Shown here piece after piece: positions 35,341-48,381 of a DNA stretch of 62,000 bases. The position numbers and the translations under genes are program-made. How positions within the stretch are numbered: position 1 is the first letter of the stretch; each line of letters begins with the position of its first letter. Source of the stretch: Lama glama (lineage: Eukaryota). The notes under the pieces were generated by a model. That model was not told the origin of the DNA. It saw only the letters and a list, made by a program, of their open reading frames with translations, and made no database searches. The stretch covers positions 186,001 to 248,000 of the forward strand of contig CM052817.1 in the NCBI GenBank assembly GCA_028534125.1, written 5' to 3'.

Positions 35341-35699
35341 GGTAGTCAAACCCTTGCTGAGTGAACGGAAGATGTTAAATCACACTGTTACCCAAAGATG
35401 TAATTAAACATGGGGTCAGTTTTACCCATCCCCCAGCCATCGTGTGACGGAGCCCCACTCTGGGGACGCGTGTGGTCCCGGAGCGCTGCCGCGTGTGGAC
35501 TTGCAGCGTTTGTTTTAGACGGCAGTTTGGAACTGTGTGTCAGGAGGAGCCAGCCGTGCACGCCCTCCTGCTGCAGCGTGTTCCCGTCATTAAGGACATC
35601 GCGGTTTCCTGAGAGGCCACCCTCCTGCAGCCATGGCACCAGCACCATCACCTCAATACAACAAACTGCCTCAGAAACAGAGCCTCTCCCTGCTGGATT

Positions 35700-35855
35700 T
35701 CCCTCCTGCGTGGAACTGTCGTGGCCTCACGTTCAGTGTTTGTTTACCTGGGTTTTGTTGTCCCTCTCCAACACTAGAATGTATGTTTCACCAGGACAGA
35801 GACCGTCTGTGTGTCCGGCTCGCGGCAAGAGCTCAGTGAATACATACTGAGTGAC
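35700..35855 (+). mobile_element. L2 3' end fragment
   Basis: ctccaacactagaatgtatgtttcaccaggacagagac...gagctcagtgaatacatactgagtga. Confidence 0.65.
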
Positions 35856-36049
35856 AGGGTGTGCGTGCAGGGATGCCTGCTGCAGCCTTGTTTGCACGAG
35901 CGAGAAACCTGACGTGTGATGCCTGACGTGTGGCATCGGTTCAGTCACTGGCAGCGAATCCACGCAAGCCCAAGGCAGGCGTCCTGAGGCCACAAGTCCT
36001 AACGCCACGTGTTTGAGTGCCAGGTGTCCAAGTACCAGGTGCCCTAATG

Positions 36050-36462
36050 CAGGCAGACTTTGTTTTAATGTGCCTCCCAGGTACTGCATTTTTCACAGAT
36101 TGAAGGTTTGTGGCAACCCTGGGTCAAGCAAGTCTATGGGCACCATGTTTCTAACAGAACCTGCTCACTTCATGTCTCTTGTCACATTTTGGTAATTCTC
36201 ACACTATTTCAAACCCTCCACCAGCAAAGATTATGACTCGCTGAAGGCTAAGATGATGGTTAGCATTTTTTAGCAGTACATTTTTTAACTCATGACATGC
36301 ACGCTATCCTGGACACGATGTTGTTGCGCACCTCACAGACTACAGTGTAAACATATCTTTTGTACGCGCCGGGAAACCAGAAAGTTCCCGTGCCTGCTTT
36401 GTTGCGATTGTCTCTCTGTTGCAGTGGTCTGGAACCCGACCTGCGAGACCTCGAGGTGCCTG
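36050..36462 (+). mobile_element. Non-autonomous Tigger1-derived DNA transposon
   Basis: CAGGC...GCCTG termini; Tigger1 left end (ttgaaggtttgtggcaaccctg...gtcacattttggtaattctc) fused to right end (ccctccaccagcaaagattatgactcgctgaaggc...gtggtctggaacc). Confidence 0.9.
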
Positions 36463-36585
36463 GACGGGCCGTCCTGACACCAGGCGTTCTCACTCCAGTT
36501 ACCCTTTTGCTCCGTGTCCCAGTTCCAGGTGTTCTGACCTTAGGTGTCCTAATGCAAAGTCCTTACAGTTGAGGGTCCTCACTGC
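36463..36585 (+). repeat. Degenerate 15-bp tandem repeat (unit about CCAGGTGTCCTAATG), also at about 35975-36049
   Basis: Units read directly: ccaggcgttctcact, ccaggtgttctgacc, ttaggtgtcctaatg; left side ccaggtgtccaagta, ccaggtgccctaatg. Confidence 0.7.
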
Positions 36586-37399
36586 TGAGTTCTGGTTAAA
36601 CGCGCTGGACGGATACACACCGCTTTCCCCAACCCCACTCAAAGGAGAGTCGGGAAATTTAAAAGCGTGATTCCACAGGGACAAGCAGAATAGGGGAGGA
36701 GAGAGCAAGATAACCGAGGTGTCGACGCCGGGGGAACCGAAGGGCACCCAGCGAGGGCAGAGTGAGATGCGCAGACGAGTTGACGTGGCGGCGGGACTCC
36801 GGGGGGACCCCAGGTTTGGTGGCGCCGGGTCCTGTGGGAGGCACGGGTGACCAGGGTGGGCTGAGGTCTCTCTGAGGGACACCTGTGCTCCCCACCCTGG
36901 GGACCCACCACCCAAGCAGCAAGGGGGAATCAAAAATAAGCTTCCCTGGAGAAAAAGAACCAGAGACCCTCCAGACCCGGCCCAGGTTCAGGGCTGCGGG
37001 GACAGAGACACCCTGCCACCTGCAGACTGGGGTCAAGTGGACGTCTGTTTCCTGAAACTGGGGACCTTGCCCAAGTCCCCACCACTGCCTGCCCACAGAA
37101 CCCGCGCTCCAGCCACGTAGACTCTGTTTCTGGAGAAAGGGAACCGCACCGCAAACAAGCCCCAAAGAGTCTTCCAGTCGGACGTCTCCAGACACCAGAG
37201 CCAGCTCATCACGTGCCTGTCCCGCAGGTGAGCCTGAGGCCCCACAGCACACGGAACCTCCCGGCCGGCTCTCAGAACTCACTCTGACGCGCGAGTGTGC
37301 ACCCTGCGCGCCCCTGGCACGGAGACTGCACTCGGCAGACCGGCAGGTGGGGCTCAGGAGGCAGTACAGGGACAGGGGAGCTCTCGAGAGGCAGGGGAC

Positions 37400-38950
37400 T
37401 TGGAATGCAGGAAAGAGCTTTGGGAAGCGAAAAACATAAACGCAAATGAAAAATTCAGTTGAAGAGTTAGAAAGTGAAATTAAGGAAATGCCCTAGAAAG
37501 CAGAACAAAAGCTGCAGAGCTGGAAACAGGCGAGAAGATGCAGGAAAGAGCATCGGATCAGGGCGCACAGCGGGCAGGGTAGGAGGATGGGTCACCACGC
37601 AGCAGCCGGAGCAGCGCCTGGGACTGAACCACCTGCACCCGCGGTGCAGACGCCAGAAGACTCACAGCAAGGTCCCGAAGTCTTGAATTTCAAAATGCCC
37701 AGGTTGGTGAGGAAACAGCAAAAACCTCCAGAGAGAAAACAAAGAGGTCATGGAAGACGCACTGGAGGTGAGAACAGCATGTGGCTTCTCAGCGGCAGCT
37801 TCAGAGCCTGGTGGGCAACCGGAGTGAGGCTGCAGACGCCTACGGCGGACATGGATTTAGATCCAAAATGTATATCCAGCTTAACCGGCAATCATGCATG
37901 AAGGCAGAAAGAGGGTCTATGTGCCCCTGACGCACCCGCTCTCAGAAAGTTCCCCAGGGCCCAGCAGGAGAGGAGCGAGGGGCATCGGGGCCACAGCAGG
38001 TGCAGTCGGGAGTGGAAGGTGCCAGAGTCCTGGGGCAGCCACTCCAGGGGAGAGAAGAGCCACCTGTTCATCTGGAACCTTTAGCCACGTGGAAATACTG
38101 GGTGGTGGGGCTGCCAGAGGGTGGAGAGTTAGAGAGGGTTCACAGAGAAGGAGGCAAACGGAGAATGAGACATGTTAACTCCAGGGCAGACCAAAGGTCC
38201 CACAGGAGAGATGTGATCGGGGCTCGCAGGGAACCCTGTGCATGGCGCCGATGTGACCCATTACAGGAAACTAATGAAACGTCCAAGATGATCCAACGAG
38301 CTCGTTTCTGAGAAACGCGAGGCCTCTCACTAAGGCAACCTGAGAAATAACTTTCTTTAAGTTCCAGGTATCTCATTAGATGAGACCTGCAGCCCGCGCC
38401 TCGGCCAGGAAGACGAGAGGAGAGTGGCAATATTAACAAACTGCTCCTGGAACCGGGGCTCAGTCTGTAGTGATGCTCACCACCCGCAGGGCGAGTCTCT
38501 GCCCACGTCTGTCTGCACTGCAGGCAGAGGCGTCCCCGAAACATGCACGGTGCAGAGAGCTGTCGCTGGAAACGACACCGTCCCAGCACCAACTGCGCTG
38601 ACGCCTCGCCAGCTGGCTCCTGGGACTGGTGCTAACACACCGACATGTAAAGGACTCTGCTGAGTCTTTTAAAACTGGAACTGGACCTGAAGGCCTCTGT
38701 CTTTGAAAAAATACTTTCAAATAAAGTAATGTGTGATTCTAATGGATGAGCTGGAAAGGAATATAGTGGCTCAATTCTCCACATCACTTCTTTATACTTT
38801 TCTGTGTTATTTCAATTCCCTACAATGAACATCTGTTATTTTAATGATGGGAAAAAAAACCCACTTTTATGTTGAAAAATAAATATGGGTATATACCTCT
38901 GATAAAATTGAATGCAAAGATAGAAATGTTTTTTATGTATTAAGAAAACA
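37400..38950 (+). mobile_element. Decayed L1 ORF1/HAL1-like element and A/T-rich tail
   Basis: gaaaaattcagttgaagagttagaaagtgaaattaaggaaat and ggcttctcagcggcagc...aaaatgtatatccagc resemble ORF1 segments. Confidence 0.55.
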
Positions 38951-41679
38951 TAGACTGCCACCAGTCCTCTAGCTCTAAATCACAAGGGCCGAGGAGGAGG
39001 GTGGGGGAGAAAGACAGAAAAGCACCCAGAGCTCCTGGGAAGACTTCGGGAAGAGCTCGAAACACAGTGTCGCTCGTCACCGTGGCAATCAGGGCTTGAG
39101 TAATGCTTTTAAGGGCATATGGGTTCCACAACACTGCAGAAGGGCTTAAAAAGAAAATGTGGTCCACGTGTCAGGACAGCGTAAGCGAAACGTTGCCAGA
39201 GCACTTTAAAAAGGTGACAGTTAAGATGACAGAAGCCACAGCAGGTATGTTAGCTGTGAATATTCCTGCAAAGTGAGACGTAAAGCCGAGTTCCCTTGGA
39301 AGACACCCACTGGCTGCCCCGCTGGTGGGCACCGGGCCCTGGGGGGGGTGCTGCAGGCACCACGCACCTGGGCCACCCTGGCCCAAGGAACAGAGCAGCT
39401 TCCAAGGAGCCGCAAAAACTGCCCCGGCCATCCGCCCCGTCCCTGGCTTCCCGCACCCTGTCCAGCCCCAGTCCAGGTCAGGAGGGACTGGTACTGGAAA
39501 AGTGCTGTATCGTCCTTGCTGGCAGACAGCCCACACCCTGCCAGTGCTGGAACCCAGCCTGGGGCCCCACGGGAGGGGAGGCACAGGCACGTGGCCCGGT
39601 CTCACCTGCTGACCACCGTGCTCCAGGCCCTGCATCTGGTGGCCTTGCCTCCAAGGCTGACTGAGGGGCATGGCCAGGGACTGGCTGGAGGGTCACCCAG
39701 AAAGTCCCTGCCTCCTGGTCCTGCCAGCACCGGACCTGAGCCTGCCTCAGGGACATGGCCCTCACTCCCGGTGTGTCCCTCACCTTCTGGCACAGAAGCA
39801 CCACTCCTCCGGCTCTGTGCCAACGGCACCCCTGCCCTCCCGCCCGCTCCTTCGCTGGCCCTGCAGACCTTTCTCAGGCATCTGGGCATCTCCCCCTGCC
39901 ATGCACAGATCACGGATCCGCTGCTCGGTGCCCGTGGGGAGGGTCCCTGGGCCCCACTGGCCCCGACTGCGGAGGAGGGCACCAGGCCGAGAGCGTCTGC
40001 TCTTGGCTTCAGGGAAGGACGTACGGAGGCAGAGGCGAGACGAAACGCCAATTAGTGAGGACGAACAGAGCCAAGCTCCAGGACAGATGGCGCGGCCACC
40101 GGCTTGGGGGCCAGCTGTCATCCTGTCCCGCTGCTCACTGGCCGCCTGTCCGTCTGCAGACGCTGCCCCCAGCGCACGCGGGGGACACTGAGATGTTCCT
40201 GTCGGGGCTTCAGTGAGTGTCAGGGACGCCTTCCCCTGCTGTCTTCACCTGGGCAGGGCAGGCTCCGCTAGCAGGGCATCTGCTTGGCCTGATGGACAGA
40301 CAGAAGGATAGGGGCTGTGCTCACCCCGCGGACCGGGTGCGAAGCAGTCCACCTCTCCAGAGCCTTCCTTCTGAAGGAAAGCTAAGTGCCACGTGGTCCC
40401 CGTGGCCCCAAGGACCCTCGAGGGCCTGAGGCCAGCAGCTTCTGGGGACCCCACGCCTCACCCTCCGTCCTCACCGGTTCCTCCTCCTGCTGCCTACACG
40501 CGACGCCTGCACGTCTTGCCTCTCCCCCCCCCAGGAGGCCCCATCTGCGCCTTTCCTGCCAGTCCTTCGGCCACTGTGGGCCGGAGGGTGGAGGCCTGAG
40601 GGGAGGGCAGTGGACGGCACCAAGGAAACATTAGGAGCAGCACTAGCACCACATGGCGTAGGCCGGGGCACCAGCCTGCCTGTGGGCTCTGCCAGAGCTG
40701 CTCCAGCCCGCTGCCTGGCCCCCGGCGTCCTCAGCCCTCTCAGTGTCTGTCTGCACCTCGCACCCAGCACTCAACAGGTAGCACTCGGCACCCAGCACCT
40801 GCACTCGGGACCCTCAGCACCCAGTACCCTCAGAGGCCAAGCACAGGCAGGCCAGGAGGAGGGTCTGGAGAGCCCCCAGCCCCCAGACAGAATCGGGCGC
40901 TCTGGCTGCCAACAGCAGGAATCTCAGGACCCTGCTCTCTGCCCAGGCAGAGCACGAGCCCTGGGGAGGGGCCGCTCGGCACTGTGGGCACCCCGTGGGT
41001 GCTGCCCTCACCTGATCTGGGCTTACAGGCCGCGGTCTCTGGGACTTGCCGACTTCGGGGCCTGCCTGGGCTTGAGCTGGATCTGGGGTTTTCATTAATT
41101 CCCAGCCATAAACGCACCCGGCCCAGAGCCAGCCCAGAGGCTGCGATGAGGGCAGAACAGGAGCGACTGAAACAGATGTTGTCATCCGAACCGAAACTTC
41201 TTGCCAACAAGGCAGAAAACAAACGACTTTATCAGCTGAAGTGCGTTATGTGCCTTTTATTCCCCCATCGGGCAACAGCATTTATAACGGAGCTGCAGCG
41301 TAACCAGCCGGGAGCACCCTCTCCTGAGTGAAGGCCTGTCCTCCAGGGTCTCGGGGGAAAAGGCAGTTTCTCTGAAGTGTCTTCCAGCCTCTAAGAGATT
41401 GGCGGGGATGGGTGTGGATAAGTGGTGTCTCTCCTGAGCCCCGTAAGGTAACTTAACGCCTTCTCGATGCAGCACGGCATTTGGGAAGCCCCTCCTGAAT
41501 GAATATTGATATTTCACTATCAAGTATTTGCTGGCAGCCTTGGAGGAACCCGGCTCTCAAGAAAGAGCTGGGGAGAAGGAGGCACCTCTGCTCTCTGAGG
41601 GCTTGTGGTCTGGGGCTCTTGCATCTGCCTGGCCATCACCCATCCTTTTGTTTGGAGGGTGAAGTGCCCACTTGGTCCT

Positions 41680-42005
41680 CACCTTCCCAGACCCTCTTGC
41701 CCATGACACATCCACAGAAACCCTTCACAAGATTCCACAGACACATTTGCCAAGCGGATGTCTCTTTTCTCCTGCCCTAACTGTGGACGTGAGGCTGGAG
41801 CAGCAGCAGCCACTTCGTGACAGGGAGGAGCAAGCTGAAAACTCCACTAGGATGACAGTGGCACAATGAAGGGTGAAGCCAGTCCCTGCTGGCACTGCTG
41901 AGCAACTGAGCCACCTCCTGATACCTCCACATGTGAGAGAAACAAACTGATTCAAGCCACTCTGTTTGGTTCTCTGCAATTTGAGTCAAAAGCATCTTCC
42001 CCAGT
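41680..42005 (+). mobile_element. Old MLT1 (J/K-like) LTR fragment
   Basis: gctggagcagcagcagccacttcgtgac...atgtgagagaaacaaactgattcaagccactctg...aaagcatc. Confidence 0.6.
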
Positions 42006-44582
42006 GCATAATTCTAGAGTTTCTCCAACCGATCTGCTCCTTCCTCTGCAGTCCAGCTCAGCCTGTGATGCTTATCCTCCCAGATGCCAGAGAACCTGGC
42101 CTCCCCGGTCAGTGTCACAGCAGGGAAGCCCCGGACACGCGGGAGGCCCCTGATAAACAGAGCGAACCCCAAAATAGACAGACAGGGCAGTGAAGCTTGT
42201 GGGACCAGCCTTGCCCTCAGGACCTGGGTTTGGGACAGGATCGGGAAGCCTGGCCTTGCCCTTAGTGTAGAGTCTCGGAGTGGACACTGGGGGTCGGGAC
42301 AGGATTGCCTCCACGACCCTGAGGTCCTAGGAGGCGTGAGGAGGCAGGGACTGGGGAAGGGTCACGTCTGAGCTCAGGAGTCCAGCACAGCCACAGACAC
42401 ACAGGCCTCAGTGTGTGTGGTGGGGCCAGCAGCAGAGAGAAAGGTCCCTCGGGCTTCACAGAAGCAGGTACCAGACAAGGAGGGATGTCCCCTGCAAGGC
42501 CCTGGCAGTGCTGGAGGTGGGGGAGGGGCCGGCACTGTCGGAGGAGCTTCCCTGCCCAGGGCTCCCGACTCACAGAGGGACTCTGCCCACCTGGCCCCAC
42601 CTGCCTCCTGCGGGCCCCGAGGTGGGCACAGCCCTCCCTCCTCCTGGGTCTGGTCCCTGTGGCCTCCACATCTGGGGACTGGTCCTCATGAGACCCCCGA
42701 GGGGTCTCTGCCGAGAGTGCACATCCTATGCCCCACGGGGTGTGGAGGCCCCACCCCCAGGGTCTCCCTTCGCCTCCTTCCACCAAGGCCTGGGTTCCCC
42801 TGCCTCCCACCCGCCTGCAGCCTGGGCTAGGGAGGCTGCGCTCCCTCCCGTGAGGACGTGCTGGCCTCAGGACAGCGGCTGTTCACGCCCTTGCCCTCCC
42901 CACATTCCAGGCTCAGGCCCCCAGGCCCTCCGAGTCCAGGCCAGCCTCCCTATCTGCAGGATGGGCCTGGGGCCACTTTGCCAGGACACATTCACACCGA
43001 CCGAGCGGCCGGGTGGCCGGGGCACAACTATCAGGGGTCTTGGCAGGGAGACCCCCTTCGGCTGAGTCCTGAGGTCCCGGGACCCTCCCACCACCCTCCA
43101 AGCCCCTGCCAGCCCCTGGGGCCCCGGGCCTGTGCCCCAGTCCCCGTGCTCCTCCTGGGAGCCCACCTCAGACACCCCTCCTCCCCGCCCACTCACGGGC
43201 CCCGAGGACCTACACATGTTCCAGACCCGAAACATGTCACGCTGAGGCAGACGGTGGGACAGCCAGCCTCAACAAGGTTGTAATAGCCCCGCTGCTCCTG
43301 CTTCAGCCTGAGGAGAGCCTGTGGCCACGACACAGCCCTGACAACTGCCCGCTCCTGGCCACCATGTAAATACAGCTCCCGGGCCCTGGGCCACTTCCTG
43401 GCCTCGGGGGAAAACAGTTTCTTCAAATCATGCCCTTGAGGACCCTGAGTCCCAGATCCAGGCAGATGTGGCCAGAGCGCCTGGCCCCGGTTCAGAGCCG
43501 AGTTGCCGCAGACAAGTTCCCAGGCCACCACACCAAACTCTCTCGGGGACTGAGTGTTGGCTAATTCAAATCTGGGGGTGTCTTGATGGTTCTCCAGGGG
43601 GCCAAGACCTGTAAAGGCCTCCAGGACATTCTCTCGTGAGAGCAAGTCTGCCAACAGCCGGCCACTTTCCTTGACAGACTGGCCCAGAAGCAACCTCTCT
43701 GGCCCACCCTGCGTGCCCACAGCTCCCTGGTCTCTGGGAGGACCCCAGCAGAGCTGTGTCCTGGGGGTGCCCCTATCAGCCCTCGGAGAACTCAGGTCCC
43801 AAGGGTGGGGGCTCCCGTGGGCCCCACCTGGTCCCCCTCCGGCCATGTCACAGGAGAGAGATGGCTGCTGTGCAGAGCCAGTCAGCATCCACTCCAGGGA
43901 CCCAGAGGCTGGAGTATCTGCGCAGCCTTCCATCTCAAGGGGAGGGGCCCTGGAGCGCTGTCCCTTCCTCGTGGTCCATGGCTGCCCTCCTGCCCTCAGA
44001 GAGACATCTCAGCACCAGGAGTCTGAGTGAAGTCATGGTTTGGTGCCACTGGCCTTGCTGGGATGTGGCAGGGCAGGGCAGGACAGGTAATGTGCCAGCA
44101 CCTGTGTCCATGGTCCCAGGCTGCCCTCCCGGGCATGGGGTCGCCCAGGGGGCTGGGCTGCAGAGCCAGGGCAGGCGAGTGTCTACAGAGGACTGTGGGA
44201 AAGGCCCAGGCTCGCCTGGGACTTCAGGGCCATCAGAGTGTGAGCTGGCCCTCCCTGAACTCCAGGTGATACCCTACCCGTCCCACAGCGCCACAGGCTG
44301 CCGCCTCTCGGGGCCCAGGCTGGCCTTGGGGTGGGTACCCAGAGCAGGCGGATAAGTGGTGTGTGGGCAGATACCAGATGACTGAGGGCGGGAGAGGCCT
44401 ATGGGCCACGGAGAAGCCTGGTCAGCCCTTCCTGAGAAACGCTCAGAGCTTGAGGGCCCTGGGCGGGGCGGCAGGCACCTGTCTGAGGCCCAGCAGGTTC
44501 CAGACTGAGCTCCTCCCAAGAGTCCGGAGTGGACAAGGCTGAGCAGACACACCCTTGCGTGTAGGGAGCTGTGCGCACCCCA

Positions 44583-44610
44583 TCTGTCTGTCTGTCTGTC
44601 TGTCTGTCTG
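44583..44610 (+). repeat. (TCTG)7 microsatellite
   Basis: Counted directly. Confidence 0.95.
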
Positions 44611-47068
44611 TGGGACTCCTGAGTCCTGCAGCTGCTGTCCCCTCCACGTAGTCACCTCAAAGCCTCTGCCCCAACAAAGGCCTTGCTGAGATGCAGGGTC
44701 AGGGCAGACGACAAGGCTCTGGGAAGTGTGTTCTCAGGAAAGGATGTGCCACTGCAGCCAGCGAGCTGGGGACGACAGCCTCAGATGCCACAACCTAACA
44801 AGGCCACATGGAGTCTCGTCCCCAGCACCACAAGGGCCTGCACTTCCCTGGCTTCTGCTGTGAGTCCTTCTCTGAGTGTGCGCATCTGCGCCCGTGAGGC
44901 CGTGGGGGGATGAGTCTGTTTCTTAGTGTGTGTCTCTCTGTCTGTCCCCCTCTGTCCATGTATCCTACACTTAGACTTCTTGACCTGTTTCCTTGGGTTC
45001 CCCGGTCTCCATCCCAGCCACCCTGTCTTTTCTATGATATTTTTCTCCGGCCATTCTGCTCAGAGCCTCTGTCTCCCCAGTCGCCTTCTCTGCCCGACTT
45101 CTAGACAGCCTGGCCCCCCATCCCTCCTCTCTCCCTCCTGCCCAGTTTCCCCACATCCCTCTCTGTCTCCAGTGTCTGGGGCATTTCTGGTCATCTTTCT
45201 CTTGGGCTGTTTACCCGCTGCATCTTCTCTGGGTTAACCTATTTCTAGATGGCTTCCAGAGTTTGCCAGGCCTGGGTCTGGGGCTCTGGTCTGTCTCTCT
45301 CAGAATCTTCTCTTGGTCTCTGCCTGTCTCCTTCTCACCCACACTCACCCTGAGAGACCAAGAAGACACTCACCGCAGGGTGCAAAAATACGGGAACAGG
45401 AATCAAGGTCTCACCCAGAGGTCACACGCGCCAGACCCCAGCAGCACTGGCACTTGAACGGGGGCAGGCAACGCTGGGCCTGGGGGCCCTCAGGAGTGGC
45501 TGCTGCCCAGAGGGTGCTCAGGGGGCCTCCGGCTGCCTCCTCTTGGCACCCACGTCTCTGGTGAAGCCTGCCCCATCGCCGCCACAGGAGAAACTTTGGG
45601 TTGACACGGAACAAAGGGGATCCAGGCTGGCAATTACCCAGCTAATTTCAGCCACGTAGACAGCCAAATCAGAGACTTCAGTTTTCTTACAAGCCCACCT
45701 CGAGGCCTGAATTAGCCACCTAATTAATTATCTGTGCAGCCTGGGACTGGCTGGGTGGAATCTGGATCCCTCCCAGAGCCAGGATGCTGCTTGTCCCTGA
45801 ATCACGTCCTGGTGACGTAATCATTATAATTAGACTCAACCTGCAGCCTATCCTTGACCGCAGAACCTCAGGAAACATGGCCCCGCGCCAGGCCCAAGCA
45901 TCTTTCCATTTAATTTGTGTTAAATGGAAACGCAGTCACTCTGCAGGAGACCAGCCCACATGGGCGATGCCCATCCTGGGCACAGTGGCACAGGCCCCTC
46001 TGTCTTGCCCCCGTTTCTAGCACAACAGACCCCACCACTCCCCACCTCTGGTGAAAGGCACGCAGTCACTCCTGCCAAGAGGTGGCCTCGCTGGGCGTCA
46101 CCTGACTCAGTCTGTGAATGGCATCAGGTCAGGGTGTGGCCCTTGGAGGCCACGTGTGGTCCAAGGGAGGTGCTGTCACACAAGGAAGCCATCTCCAATG
46201 GCAGAGTCAGGCCCCAGCCACAGGCGCCCACCACCAGGAGCCCCGGGAGCTTGCACTGCACCCGGCAGCTGAGGTGTGCAGGGTGGGCCCCATGGGCCTG
46301 GGCTGAGCAGACTGATTTGCCAGGATGCGTCTGTGCCATGAGGACCTCAGCCCACTGCCCCACCCACCTCCTGGGCCAGGGTCTCAGCCCACTGTCCGAC
46401 AACACCCTCCTCTCCTGGTCCAGGGTCTCTGGCCATGATCGTGGCCTTGAGCCACATAGGCTCAGGATTCCCTTCAAAAGCAGTCAGCAGGGTTGGAGGG
46501 GGGCAGTCTCCTCCCTCAAAGCACAAATCAGAGCTGCACTGCCTCCATGCTAGGGCTGAGCTCACACAAGCTACCCAGTGTCTCTCTCCTGTCCCTGTGC
46601 TCAGCCAGCCCGGGCTCCCTGTGCACGCTGCCACCCCCTCTCCAGCAACACTGCGAAGTCCTTGGTAGATGCCAAGGTCCAGCCCAGCTCCTCACTCCCA
46701 CTCCAGCTGCCGTGGCCACCCTGCGGCCTCCGGCAGCTCTGCTTACCAGAAGCAAGATGCCCATGGGTGCTACCAGATTTGGCCGATTAGATAGGCCCCT
46801 GGTGCCCCCCAAACCCACCCTGGGGTGTGCTGCAAGGCCGAGAGGAGGTGCTCTGCTGGGCTTGGCTGGACCGCAGCACACCAGCATGCATCCCACAACC
46901 CCAAGCTGGCCAAGGTGATACAGGAGGTGCTGACTTTGTCCCCTGACTTTCCAGAAGGAGCCTGAGGTGTGCTTTGCAGGGCTTGTGTGGTGAGGTCTGA
47001 GGTGACCACGTGCTACACATGACCCCGTGTGTTCAAGTGCCCCTGGGTGTGCAGCGTGCGCCCCCTAC

Positions 47069-47099
47069 CTCCCAGGGCCTGTTTCATCACGAACTCCAT
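47069..47099 (-). CDS. CPLX1: Complexin-1 first coding exon (MEFVMKQALG + G)
   Basis: Strong Kozak GCC ATG G; donor GGA G|gtaggg; 31 nt, giving 31+176+198 = 405 nt = 134 aa plus stop. Confidence 0.96.
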
Positions 47100-47174
47100 G
47101 GCGATGGCTTTGTGTCCTCAGCTGGTCCTCAGCGAGTCGTAGCTCACATGTGAGTGTGGCCAGGAGTCCTCTGC
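47100..47174 (-). other. CPLX1: CPLX1 exon 2, 5'UTR portion
   Basis: Candidate acceptor gtcttcccccag|GCAG at 47175-47176. Confidence 0.7.
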
Positions 47175-48354
47175 CTGGGGGAAGACGTGGTCACAGGTCA
47201 CCCGACTATGCTGGGGAAGGCTTCCTCCTTGTCCCCACCCAACTTCCCCTGGCCGTGGGTCTGGGGTCAGAGAGAGCCTCATTCATGGTTCCCCCTCACA
47301 CCTGGACTCCAGACATCAACACTGGGACAGATACCTGGGAGGGTTTGGGAGGGTCCTGCAAAGAGGTCTCAGCTAGCCCCTGGGGTTTCTGAAGCTGGCT
47401 TCCAGCTGCTACTGCAGGGAAAGGGGTGTGCAGCTCAAAAGAGCCAGACTGCGTGAAGTGGGGGCGAGCCCAGGGGCATGTGGAGGTGACTGGCTCTCCT
47501 GTCTCCTTAGTGGAGCCCTGGGCCACAGAGGTGGGGACCCATCTAAAGGATGGGAAGGGTTAGTGCAGGTGGGACCCGAGTGGGTGCTCCCTTTGGCTTC
47601 TGATGGAGTCTCGGGAAAACAGGTTCCCTCCAGGGGGGGAGACCAGCACTGCTGCAGAGACAGGTGGAGGGAGAAGCTGCAGGGGCCCAGCCTTCAGGGA
47701 ACCAATGAAATGGGGGAGGGCATACCACCCCTCCACCTGCATCTGCATGGGTGGGGTTCTCTAGGGTCCAGGCCAGCTGGAAATCTGGTGGGGAGGTGCT
47801 TTCTGTAAAATCAGCAGCTGCAGTGTTCCCCCCCTCCACTACCTCTGGTGAGGTCGCTCTTGGCAGGGAAACCCAGGTCACTGGAGAGCCACTGTTTTAT
47901 GTGTTTTTCCTCTTCAAATGAAGGAAATAAGGAAATCTGCGTGTGTGTGGACTAGGGAGACCTGGGAGTGGGGGCGGGACTCCCCCATCTTCCGACAAAG
48001 CGCTGGGGCACAGGGACGCCTTTGCCGCAAAGCAGATTCTCTTCCAAACTTCTCCCCTGGCTCCTGACAGGGAGGCAGCCGCAGAGCCCAGCAGCAGAGA
48101 GGTCGGGGCGCTGTTGGAGCTCCCCCAGTGCTCTCATCGCCGCCCTGCGCGGCTAGGGGTTCCTGCTGCCACCCCACCCCTTGGCTTCATGGGCAGGCGA
48201 GTTGCCCAGCTCTGCCAAGGGGCCCTCAGGCGGGAGCGCGCCAGGAGAGAGAGAGAGACAGAGGACGAGGGAGGAGAAAGGGAGACGCGAGAGACATGAG
48301 ACTCGGGAAAGGAGTAAGAAAGAGCGAAGGCGTCAGCCAGGACTGTGGGGCCGT

Positions 48355-48381
48355 TTCAGCACCGCGCCAGTGGACAGCGCC
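48355..48381 (+). promoter_or_regulatory. Non-canonical (8-bp spaced) RE1/NRSE element
   Basis: TTCAGCACC-gcgccagt-GGACAGCGCC; both half-sites match the REST consensus exactly. Confidence 0.75.

Noticed and set aside
35975..36585. CRISPR-like repeat array
   Set aside because: Degenerate head-to-tail units without unique spacers, in a mammalian intron, with no cas genes.
39171..44355. Many overlapping 150-260 aa ORFs in CPLX1 intron 2
   Set aside because: Pro/Gly/Arg-rich on both strands with no splice-consistent structure; typical of high-GC intron.
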